Origin: Candidatus Eiseniibacteriota bacterium
GTDB lineage: Bacteria; ARS69
DNA: 64,000 nt
Assembly: GCA_052390515.1 (NCBI GenBank)
Contig: JBQTGV010000072.1
Coordinates: 7,172-71,171, forward strand
Direction: 5' to 3'
The notes beneath the pieces are model-generated. The model did not search any database, had not been told where the DNA came from, and saw nothing but the letters and a program-made list of their open reading frames with translations. The position numbers and the translations under genes are program-made. Below are positions 10,004 through 17,606 of this stretch, in pieces (position 1 is the stretch's first letter; each line of letters opens with the position of its first letter).

Positions 10004-11349
10004 GCGCCACGCCGCGGAGCGATTCGGTCGACGATCCCGAACAGGGGGACCACGACGAGAGAAACGGCGAAGGTCGCCGCGAAGAGCATGACCCGCCCGA
10101 CGAGCCCCGCCACGAAACCGAGACTCGTCCCCCGATCGGGCGCGTCCACCTTCGCCGACGTCTCGCCCGTGCTCTCCAGGATGGCGAGCAGCAGCACGAG
10201 TTTGCGGCGCAGCGTGCCGTTGCGCGCGAGCACGCCGGCCCACGCGTCCGCCAGGCGCGCGAAGGCCGGTCCTCGCCGGGCGACGGCGGTGAGCACGTCG
10301 TCGCCGGATCTCATCGGACCGTGTGCGCCAGGACGGTGAGCCGCTCGATAGGCGTGCCGCACCGAGTCCGGGGGCTCCGCGCCGATCAAGTGGCGGCACA
10401 GGACGGAGCACTCCCGGTCGAGGACCGCGTCGGTCGGCACCGCCGCCGCCTCGAGCTCCAGGTGCTCGAGGACGATCTCGTCGACGCCCCGGCGCTGGGA
10501 GAGCGGCGGGGAAACGCCCTCGGCGGGCTCGGCGCTCGAGTCGTGGGCGAAGAAGTAGAACTGGCCCGCGGTGACCGGGAGCACGGAGAAGAACATCGGC
10601 TCCATCCACGACAGCAAGCGGATGATCAGGCCGACCGGAAGATGCATCGCGGGACCTTCGCGTCCGCGGATACGGCGGCGGATGTGCCGGAGAAACTCCT
10701 CCAGCGACAGCGTGTCCCGGCCGCCCAGCTCCAGCGTGCGCCCTCCGAGAGGCCCGCCGGCGGCCAGGTCGGCCAGGCAACGGGCGACGTCATCCACGTG
10801 CACGGGCTGGACGGCATTACGGCCGCTGCCGAAGACCGGCATCACCGGAGCCGCGGCCAGCGCGCGGAACTTGTCCCACAGCGGCGATCCCGGCCCCAGC
10901 ACGGCGGTCGGCCGCACGACGGCCCAGTCCAGACCGCTCGCCCTGACGAGCGCTTCGGCCTCTTCCTTCGCCTGCGCGTAGGGGTAGGCATGTCTGTCGG
11001 GGTACTTCACCGCGATCGTGCTGACGAAGAGGAATCGGCGGACACCGGCGGACTTCGCGCGGTCGAGCAGACGCGCGGTCTCCACGCGGTTCACGCGCGC
11101 ATGCTCCTCCGCCCTCGCCTTGCCGGTCAGCGCGGCGAGATGGACCACGGTCTCGATCCCGCGCAGGGTGGACTCGTACGTCGCCGGGGCCTCGAGCATC
11201 CCGCGGACGACGCGGACGTTCGGTCCCGGATCGGGGAGCCGGCTCGGGTCGCGGACCAGGCAGACGACCTCCCGGCCCTTCGCCGTCAGGCAGCGGAGGA
11301 CCCGGCCGCCGATGAACCCGGTCGCGCCGGTGAGGAAGATGCCGCTCAT
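10000..11349 (-). CDS. NAD-dependent epimerase/dehydratase (SDR) fused to a ~150-aa C-terminal domain with a predicted TM helix
   Basis: Starts at MSGIFLTGATGFIGGRVL (ATG 11347-11349). Extended-SDR motifs are present (VVHLAAL, Y...K in YPYAQAKEE). The C-terminal extension ends in the hydrophobic LGFVAGLVGRVMLFAATFAVSLVVVPLFGIV. Confidence 0.8.
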   Translation of the reverse strand: MSGIFLTGATGFIGGRVLRCLTAKGREVVCLVRDPSRLPDPGPNVRVVRGMLEAPATYESTLRGIETVVHLAALTGKARAEEHARVNRVETARLLDRAKSAGVRRFLFVSTIAVKYPDRHAYPYAQAKEEAEALVRASGLDWAVVRPTAVLGPGSPLWDKFRALAAAPVMPVFGSGRNAVQPVHVDDVARCLADLAAGGPLGGRTLELGGRDTLSLEEFLRHIRRRIRGREGPAMHLPVGLIIRLLSWMEPMFFSVLPVTAGQFYFFAHDSSAEPAEGVSPPLSQRRGVDEIVLEHLELEAAAVPTDAVLDRECSVLCRHLIGAEPPDSVRHAYRAAHRPGAHGPMRSGDDVLTAVARRGPAFARLADAWAGVLARNGTLRRKLVLLLAILESTGETSAKVDAPDRGTSLGFVAGLVGRVMLFAATFAVSLVVVPLFGIVDRIAPRRGA

Positions 11350-11381
11350 CGAGTCGTCGCGGAGCTCGGCACGAGCACGGG

Positions 11382-11831
11382 TCAGCGGGCGGTGCGGACG
11401 ACCGTCTCGGCGTCGTCCTCGATCTCGACCACGAGATCCTTGCGCTTGACCGCGGAGAGGGCCAGGGACGACCAGGCGGCGAGCCAGAGCACGCCGCCGA
11501 TCGGAGTCACGGCGCCGAACGTACGCACGCCGGTGAACGCCAGCAGATACAGCGAGCCGCAGAACACGACCGTGCCGAGGGCGAAGAGCCAGCCGGCCGC
11601 CGGGGCGAAGCGGCCGTAGCGCCGGCCGGACACGAGCCCCGCGCCGATCATGGCGAGCGCGTGCAGGCCCTGCCAGCGCACCGCGGTGTGGAACCACTCG
11701 AGCTGCTCGTCGGACAGCCTTCCGTCGAGCGCGTGCGCGCCGAACGCACCCAGCGCAACGGTGAGGAGCCCGGACACCGCGCCGAGGAGCACGAAGTGCC
11801 GCTCGCGATCGGATGAGGAGTCCAGGATCAA
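11382..11831 (-). CDS. DUF423-family small membrane protein
   Basis: Hydrophobic protein (…HFVLLGAVSGLLTVALGAFGAHAL…WQGLHALAMIGAGLV…). TTG start at 11829-11831 chosen because the longer ORF would overlap the upstream gene; 7 nt downstream of the mqn stop. Confidence 0.55.
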   Translation of the reverse strand: MILDSSSDRERHFVLLGAVSGLLTVALGAFGAHALDGRLSDEQLEWFHTAVRWQGLHALAMIGAGLVSGRRYGRFAPAAGWLFALGTVVFCGSLYLLAFTGVRTFGAVTPIGGVLWLAAWSSLALSAVKRKDLVVEIEDDAETVVRTAR

Positions 11832-11838
11832 GGCCGCC

Positions 11839-12966
11839 TCACCACTCCCGCACGTGCTCGTAGAGCGTCGTGCGTTGCATGGCCCGGAAGCCCGCCTCCT
11901 TGATGATCGCCACGCACTCCTCGGTGGTCGTCGTGTTGCGGTGGTTCGCCAAGCGAAGCACATTCTCCTCGATGAGCGTGCCCCCGAAGTCGTCGCCGCC
12001 GGCGTGCAGCGCGACCTGCCCGGTCTTCTTACCCTCGGAGAACCAGCTCGCCTGGACGTGCTCGAAGCAGTCCAGGTAGATGCGGGCCAGCGCGATGATG
12101 CGCAGGTACTTCGGCGGTCCGGGGCTCTCCGGCACCCACTTCTCCAGCAGGGTGTTCCCCGGCTTGAAGCTCCAGGGCACGAACGCGGTGAACCCGCCGG
12201 TCTCGTCCTGCAGCTCGCGGATGCGTCGCAGGTGCTCGACGATCTCCTCGTCGCGCTCGGCGTGGCCGTACATCATCGTCGCCGTCGACCGATAGCCGAT
12301 CTCGTGCGCGGTACGCATCACTTCCAGCCAGTTCTCCGCGGAGGGCTTCTTCGGGCTGATGCGCTTGCGCACCCGATCCACCAGGATCTCCGCGCCTCCT
12401 CCGGGAATCGTGCGCTGCCCCGCGTTCCACAGCTCCTGCAGGACTTCGCGGATGGAAAGGCCCGAGACCTCCGCCATCGTGGCGATCTCCGACGGGCTCC
12501 ACAGGTGCACGCACAGATCCGGGTAGGCCTTCTTCAAAGCTCGCACCACGTCCACGTAGTACGAGAAGGGGATCTCCGGATTGTGCCCGCCCTGCAGCAG
12601 CGAAGTCGTCGCGCCCTTGGTCACGCCGCGGCCCACCATCTCCACGACTTCGTCGACCGAGTGCCAGTAGCCCTCGGGGTGGCCCGGCTTGCGGTAGAAC
12701 GCGCAGAAGAGGCAGTCAGTGACGCACACGTTCGTGTAGTTGGGGTTGGTGTCGATCACGAAGGTGACGAAGTCGCCGGGGGCGCGTCTCCGGCGCATCT
12801 CGGCACCGAGCGCACACAGATCCGAGAGGTGTGCGTCGCGGAGCAGGAACAGCGCGTCCTGCTCGTCGATCCGCTCGCCGTCGAGGACGCGTTCGGAGAG
12901 CTCCACGAAGCGGGCCGGATCGCCGGCCGGCCGGTGCAGGTCCTGCCAGGCGAAGGTCGTCGCCAT
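11839..12966 (-). CDS. Radical SAM enzyme of the MqnC/MqnE family (futalosine-pathway menaquinone biosynthesis)
   Basis: Starts MATTFAWQDL (ATG 12964-12966). Radical-SAM Cys triad CVTDCLFCAF; strong MqnC/MqnE-like conservation (…YWHSVDEVVE…GGDDFGGTLIEENV…). MqnC cannot be told from MqnE by eye. Confidence 0.85.
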   Translation of the reverse strand: MATTFAWQDLHRPAGDPARFVELSERVLDGERIDEQDALFLLRDAHLSDLCALGAEMRRRRAPGDFVTFVIDTNPNYTNVCVTDCLFCAFYRKPGHPEGYWHSVDEVVEMVGRGVTKGATTSLLQGGHNPEIPFSYYVDVVRALKKAYPDLCVHLWSPSEIATMAEVSGLSIREVLQELWNAGQRTIPGGGAEILVDRVRKRISPKKPSAENWLEVMRTAHEIGYRSTATMMYGHAERDEEIVEHLRRIRELQDETGGFTAFVPWSFKPGNTLLEKWVPESPGPPKYLRIIALARIYLDCFEHVQASWFSEGKKTGQVALHAGGDDFGGTLIEENVLRLANHRNTTTTEECVAIIKEAGFRAMQRTTLYEHVREW

Positions 12967-13748
12967 CAGCGCGCCTCCTCCGCTAGCATCGCCTCGAAAG
13001 CCTGCTCGCCGAACGTCTCCACCGGCCCGATCCGGTAGCGGAAGGTCTCCAGGTACTGCCGGATGCTCTCGGCGTCGAGGTCGAACTCCGGCCCTCGGCG
13101 CGCGGCGATCTCCGGAACACGCTCCTCCCACGTCTCCAGCGACCGCTCGAGGCTCGTCCGGATACGCTCCCGGTCCTCCTCCGGGACGTCGCGGGAAACC
13201 ACCCACCGCGCGAAAACGAAGGGCAGCGCCTGCCAGGAGTGCCACTCTTCGCCCAGGTCGTAGACGAAGGGGAATCCTTCCAGCCCTTCGCAGGCGGCGC
13301 GCAACGCGCTGTCACCGATCAGCAGGCGCGCCTCGTCGTTGGGCAGGTCGCCGCGCTCCAGCGTCACGTGCCGCGCTTCGTAGCGGCGGCGCAGGATGAC
13401 CTCCAGCAGCCGCACTGACGTGGAGCTCTCGCCGGTGAGTCCCACGCGACAGCCGGAGAGCCGGTCGATCCCACAGCGGGCGAAGAGCAGCACGGAGTGC
13501 GCCGGACCCTCGCACGCGATCCCGAAGTCGCCGAGCGGCTCGTAACGGTCCCGCAGCCGGAACCAGTCGACCACCGCCATCGGCCCGCAAGTGGCCGCGC
13601 CGGCGTCGGCCAGGCGACCGAGCTCGCGGGGGACCTCCCGGACGACGTCGTACCCGAGCTCGCTCAGCCCCTCGTAGAACGGCTCACAGTTGAGGTACGG
13701 GATGAGCGCGAGCGTCGTCGCGTTCCGCGTCGTGGACTTCGAGTACAT
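12966..13748 (-). CDS. mqnA: Chorismate dehydratase MqnA (futalosine pathway)
   Basis: 260 aa beginning …TLALIPYLNCEPFYEGL, the typical MqnA N-terminus (periplasmic-binding-protein-like fold). 1-nt start/stop overlap with the downstream mqn gene. Confidence 0.8.
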   Translation of the reverse strand: MYSKSTTRNATTLALIPYLNCEPFYEGLSELGYDVVREVPRELGRLADAGAATCGPMAVVDWFRLRDRYEPLGDFGIACEGPAHSVLLFARCGIDRLSGCRVGLTGESSTSVRLLEVILRRRYEARHVTLERGDLPNDEARLLIGDSALRAACEGLEGFPFVYDLGEEWHSWQALPFVFARWVVSRDVPEEDRERIRTSLERSLETWEERVPEIAARRGPEFDLDAESIRQYLETFRYRIGPVETFGEQAFEAMLAEEAR

Positions 13749-14823
13749 GGTAGAGAGCGTTCCTCCGGACGGGTACCTTGCCCGCCTCGCGAATCATCTT
13801 GAGAATGCGGCTCTGGGTGAGCCCCACCGGGCTCGGCGCCAGCGCGAAGTGCGCGATCTTCTCCTCCACGATCGTGCCGTCCACGTCGTCCGCGCCGAAG
13901 TTCAGCGCCACGGACGCGGTCTCCTCGCCGAGCATGACCCAGTACGCCTTGATGTGGTCGAAGTTGTCGAGCAGCAGGCGTGCCGTGGCGATCGTCCGCA
14001 GCCCGTCGTCGGCCGATGCCGGCCGGTCCACCAGCAGGGTCGTACCCAGCTGGTACTCGAGCGGGATGAACGAGAAGAAGCCGCCGGTCTCGTCCTGCAG
14101 GGAGCGCACCTGGATCATGTGGTCCACGCGCTCTTCCAGTGTCTCGATGTGACCGAACAGCAGCGTACAGTTGGAGCGGATGCCCATCCCGTGCGCGATG
14201 CGGTGGATCTCGAACCAGCGCTCGTGCCCCATCTTGTTGTGGTAGAGCTCGCGGCGGATTCGCTCGGAGAAGACTTCCGCCCCGCCGCCGGGCATCGCCA
14301 CCATCCCGGCGTCGCGCAGCGTGCCGAGCACGTCCTCCACGCTCCTCTTGGAGATCCGCGTGAACCAGTCGATCTCGACGGCGGTCCAGGCCTTGATGGG
14401 CAGCCGCGGATAGGCCTCGTGCAGGCGCCGGACGATCTCCACGTAGTCGTCGAACTTCCACCTGGGATGCAGGCCGCCGACGATGTGGATCTCGTCGATC
14501 TCCTCGCTCCCGTGAGCGAGGATCTGCTCCATGGTCATCTCGTAGGCGTGCTCGTCGCCCTTGCGCGCGGCGAAGTCGCAGAACTTGCAGGTGAGCACGC
14601 ACAGGTTCGTCGGGTTGAGCTGGCGATTGAGCACATAGAGCACGCGATCGCCGGTCCTGCGCCGTTTCGCGGCGTCGGCCAGGCGCCCCAGCGCGAAGAG
14701 ATCCGGCGTCGTCAGGCAGGCCATGCCGTCGGCGAAGTCCAGGCGTTCGCCCGCCTCGATTTTCCCGGCGACGCGACGGAGCGCTTCGTCCCGGATCAGC
14801 GTGCAGTCCACGGTGGCGGCCAT
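13684..14823 (-). CDS. Second radical SAM enzyme of the MqnC/MqnE family
   Basis: Conserved part starts MAATVDCTLIRDEAL (ATG 14821-14823) with GGGAGGT 3 nt upstream. Cys triad CVLTCKFCDF. Paralogue of the 11839..12966 gene (…GADDVDGTIVEEKI…). Confidence 0.8.
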   Translation of the reverse strand: MAATVDCTLIRDEALRRVAGKIEAGERLDFADGMACLTTPDLFALGRLADAAKRRRTGDRVLYVLNRQLNPTNLCVLTCKFCDFAARKGDEHAYEMTMEQILAHGSEEIDEIHIVGGLHPRWKFDDYVEIVRRLHEAYPRLPIKAWTAVEIDWFTRISKRSVEDVLGTLRDAGMVAMPGGGAEVFSERIRRELYHNKMGHERWFEIHRIAHGMGIRSNCTLLFGHIETLEERVDHMIQVRSLQDETGGFFSFIPLEYQLGTTLLVDRPASADDGLRTIATARLLLDNFDHIKAYWVMLGEETASVALNFGADDVDGTIVEEKIAHFALAPSPVGLTQSRILKMIREAGKVPVRRNALYHVLEVHDAERDDARAHPVPQL

Positions 14824-14909
14824 GACCTCCCCGGCGGCAAGGGCGCCCATGATGGGGCCAGGGGGCGGGATGATCAAGGCCGTCGGAGCGAGCGCCCGCC
14901 GGGAGCGGG

Positions 14910-15458
14910 TCAAGCCGACCCGCCCCCCAGCGACCTGCGGAGCTCCTCGAGGTCTTCGGCGCCGAGCCCCGAGAAGTGCCGGACGCGCCCGGTCACGTCC
15001 GTGGTCCCGAAGTACTCCATCGAGCACTTCGCGTGCACGTAGCCCGACGGCTCGAAGCGGCCGTCCTGAAAGTAGACGAGCGAGATCCGCCAGTCGCCGC
15101 GCGGAATCGCCTCGCGGCAGCCGCGGCAGCGGGCGCGGCCGTTCGGCGATCGTTCCGCTCCGTCGACGCGCGGGAGGCGCCGGTGCGCGATGCCCGCGCG
15201 GGCCAGCTCGGAGAGGCGCGCCGCGTCGTCGACGGCCGGCTCGCCCTGCGCCAGCACCTCCAGGAAGGGCTCGGGGCGCTTGAGCGCCGCGCACTCGGGG
15301 TGGAACCACAGCGTCATCTCCCCGTCGGCGAACGGGTTCGGCAGACGTTCGCCGAAGCGGAGCTCGCCCTTGGCGATGGCCTGACCGCAGCCCCGGCACT
15401 TCGCCCGGCCGGTCGGCGCGGTCTCGAAGACGTGCGCCAAGGCTAGTCCGTCCCCCAC
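14910..15458 (-). CDS. Protein with two PARP-type zinc-finger-like modules
   Basis: Two repeats: CRGCGQAIAKGELRFG…WFHPEC and CRGCREAIPRGDWRIS…YVHAKC. GTG start at 15458 (alternative TTG at 15440). Overlaps the end of the upstream AhpD-like gene. Confidence 0.6.
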   Translation of the reverse strand: MGDGLALAHVFETAPTGRAKCRGCGQAIAKGELRFGERLPNPFADGEMTLWFHPECAALKRPEPFLEVLAQGEPAVDDAARLSELARAGIAHRRLPRVDGAERSPNGRARCRGCREAIPRGDWRISLVYFQDGRFEPSGYVHAKCSMEYFGTTDVTGRVRHFSGLGAEDLEELRRSLGGGSA

Positions 15459-16024
15459 CGCGCCACGAAGCTCTCCGGCTCCACCCCGAGGGCGTGCGCC
15501 ACGCGGGTGATGTAGTTGAAGTAGGCGATCACCTGCACCGCGTCGTGCAGGGCGACGTCGTCGAGCCCGTGGCGGCGAAGCGTGTCCAGATCCGCCGGAG
15601 CCATCTCGTGCTGGCGGCGCGTCAGCTTCTCGGCGAAGGCGCAGAGCGCCGCGTCCGCCCGCTCGAGTTCGGCCTCCCGCCAGTCCCGGGCGACCGCGTG
15701 CACGAACCGGTCCGCGCGATCGTCGTCCCAGCCGAGCTTGGCGACCTCCGCCCGGAGGTCGTGCGCGTGCGCACGCGTTCAGTACTCGCAGGTCACGGCC
15801 GCGGACGAGACGACGGCCAGCATCTCGCGCTGCACGCGCGTCAGCGCCGACGCACCGTGCATCAGCGCCGCGTAGTGCCGCAGGCTCGCGTCCATGACCG
15901 GCGGGTTCAGCGACATGACGTGGACGATGTTCCAGACGCGTCCGGCGCGCGCGATGGCGTCATCGAACTGCTTCTTGAGGAAGCCGGTCGCCTCCCCCAC
16001 GCCGATCTGACGGATCCACGGCAA
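15443..16024 (-). CDS. AhpD-like / carboxymuconolactone-decarboxylase-family peroxidase-related protein with in-frame UGA (candidate selenocysteine: C-x-x-U-x3-H in place of the family's CxxC-x3-H)
   Basis: ORFs 15779..16024 and 15443..15703 are in the same frame, separated by a single TGA (15779-15781) and 25 sense codons. The joined product MPWIRQIGVGE…AAVTCEY[U]TRAHAHDL…QVIAYFNYITRVAHALG is a full-length carboxymuconolactone-decarboxylase-family protein (~194 aa). TTG start with GGAAGGAGGG Shine-Dalgarno. Confidence 0.7.
15740..15778 (-). promoter_or_regulatory. Candidate bacterial SECIS-like stem-loop immediately 3' of the in-frame UGA
   Basis: mRNA reads UGA-ACGCGUGCGCACGCGCAC-GACCUCC-GGGC-GGAGGUC. 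A perfect 7-bp stem with a G-rich 4-nt apical loop starts 19 nt after UGA; the spacer is itself palindromic (GCGUGCGCACGC). Confidence 0.5.
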
Positions 16025-16173
16025 AGCGGGCCCTCCTTCCGCGGCGGGACGGACCGGGGAAGTTCTACCCCCGCGCGCCGCGCCCGCGCAATGACCCGAC
16101 CAGGGCGCTGAATCCGGCGGGCCGACCGGCCGAAGACAGGAGGGTCCTGCCCACTCCTCCCGAGGACCGCCTG

Positions 16174-17316
16174 ATGGCTCGTATCCTCGTCGCCGACGAC
16201 GTCCCCTTCATCGCGGCGATGATCGGCTCCGTGTTCGAGAGGGAGGGCCACGAGGTGGCCATCGCAGCCGACGGCGCGGAGGCCGTCCGCAAGGCGAAGG
16301 ATCTGCTCCCCGATCTCATCCTGCTGGACCTCGTGATGCCGGGGACCGACGGCCTCGAGGCTGCCACGCGGATCAAGAGCGACAGCTCCACCCACCACAT
16401 CCCCATCATGATGATCAGCGCTTTGGGCGACTTGCGCACGATTTCGGACGCGTTCGCCGCGGACGTCGCCGAGTTCGTGACCAAGCCGTTCGAGGCCGAC
16501 GAGCTGCTGGAGAAGGCCTCGATGCTCCTCGGCAGCTTCCGCATGACCTACTCCATCAGCGACGAGAAGCGCATCCCCACCGTCACCGTCCTGCACGACG
16601 AGCTCGCGCTGGAGACGTTCGACCTGCTGCTGCACGCGCTGCGCACCGCCCAGGGCAGCGGCGCGCGCCCGATCGTGCTGGACCTGTCCCGCGTGAGGCG
16701 GCTCGCCGCGGAGACCGAGGCCGAGATCGGCGCCTTCGCGACGAAGATCCGCGAGCTGGGCGAGGACCTGCACATCGTTCGCCCGGAGGCGGGCACGCGC
16801 GCGAGCCAGATCTTGCCGGGCGTCACCGGCGAGCTGAGCCTGCACGACAGCAAGAGCCGTGCGGTGAGCGCGGCCCGTCGCACTGCCCGGGCGCAGGGCT
16901 TCCTCTCCGGTGTGATGACGCCGCTCCCGTCGGCGCCGGCCCAGCGGCCACCCTCCGGGGGCGAAGCGATCCGCTTCGACGTGCTGGACACCCTGGCCAT
17001 GGTCCGCCTGCCCGGTCCGGAGGTCCGCGCCGAGGAGCTCGTCGCCATCGAAGAGGGGCTTCCCCGTTCCGCCCACGTGCTCCTGCTCGACCTTTCCGAG
17101 ATCCGGGAGCTGTCCGCCGCGCGCATTCGGGAGCTCGGGGAGCTCGTCGACCGGATCAGCCTGACCGGGCGGCGCGTGAAGCTGGTCAATCCGTGCCCAG
17201 CGGCCGCGGATGCCCTCCGAGAGGGTGGGCAGGCAGCGAACCTGTTCACCTTGAAGGGTCGACCGCGCGGGTTCCGCCCGGCCGGAGCTGATCCGCAACG
17301 ACCGGGACCGAGGTAG
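16174..17316 (+). CDS. Response-regulator receiver domain protein with C-terminal STAS (anti-sigma-factor-antagonist-like) domains
   Basis: N-terminal CheY-like REC (MARILVADDVPFIAAMI…DLILLDLVMPGTDGLEA…KPFEADEL), followed by two STAS-like segments. Confidence 0.8.
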   Translation: MARILVADDVPFIAAMIGSVFEREGHEVAIAADGAEAVRKAKDLLPDLILLDLVMPGTDGLEAATRIKSDSSTHHIPIMMISALGDLRTISDAFAADVAEFVTKPFEADELLEKASMLLGSFRMTYSISDEKRIPTVTVLHDELALETFDLLLHALRTAQGSGARPIVLDLSRVRRLAAETEAEIGAFATKIRELGEDLHIVRPEAGTRASQILPGVTGELSLHDSKSRAVSAARRTARAQGFLSGVMTPLPSAPAQRPPSGGEAIRFDVLDTLAMVRLPGPEVRAEELVAIEEGLPRSAHVLLLDLSEIRELSAARIRELGELVDRISLTGRRVKLVNPCPAAADALREGGQAANLFTLKGRPRGFRPAGADPQRPGPR

Positions 17317-17465
17317 CAGCGTCCGCCTAGCCTGGCTTAAGCCGGGCGGAAAACGACGGCCCGATCAGGAAGCCCGCCTGTGCCCGGCCGATGTCGCGTT
17401 TCGCACGATCGAAGAGAGCCGGTACTCGGTTTCCGAGAATGACCGACCATCCGGGGTTCCTGGAG

Positions 17466-17495
17466 GTTGAGGTCGGCCGGCCGGATTCGTTATAC
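17466..17495 (+). promoter_or_regulatory. Possible sigma70-type promoter for the B12-rSAM operon
   Basis: TTGAGG-N18-TATACT in the only AT-richer patch of the 290-bp intergenic region, ~110 nt upstream of the ATG at 17607. Confidence 0.35.
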
Positions 17496-17606
17496 TCTCT
17501 CCCATATCGCAACCGCCCGCTGTTGCCCTGCCCCGCGCTTCTCAGGCCCTGGCTGTTCCCACGTTCCCCGGGCCGCGAAGCGTCCGCCGATCAGAAGGGC
17601 TGACCG

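Noticed and set aside
17322-17350. Near-perfect palindrome GCCTGGCTTAAGCCGGGC right after the response-regulator stop
   Set aside because: No loop (TTAA centre) and no downstream U-tract, so not a convincing intrinsic terminator. More likely a restriction-site-like or protein-binding palindrome, or chance.
17317-17606. Cobalamin riboswitch or small RNA upstream of the B12-radical-SAM gene
   Set aside because: Inspected for a B12-box (GCCACTG-like) and riboswitch-like conserved stems; none evident by eye, so only a possible promoter is reported. A covariance-model scan (Rfam RF00174) would be decisive.
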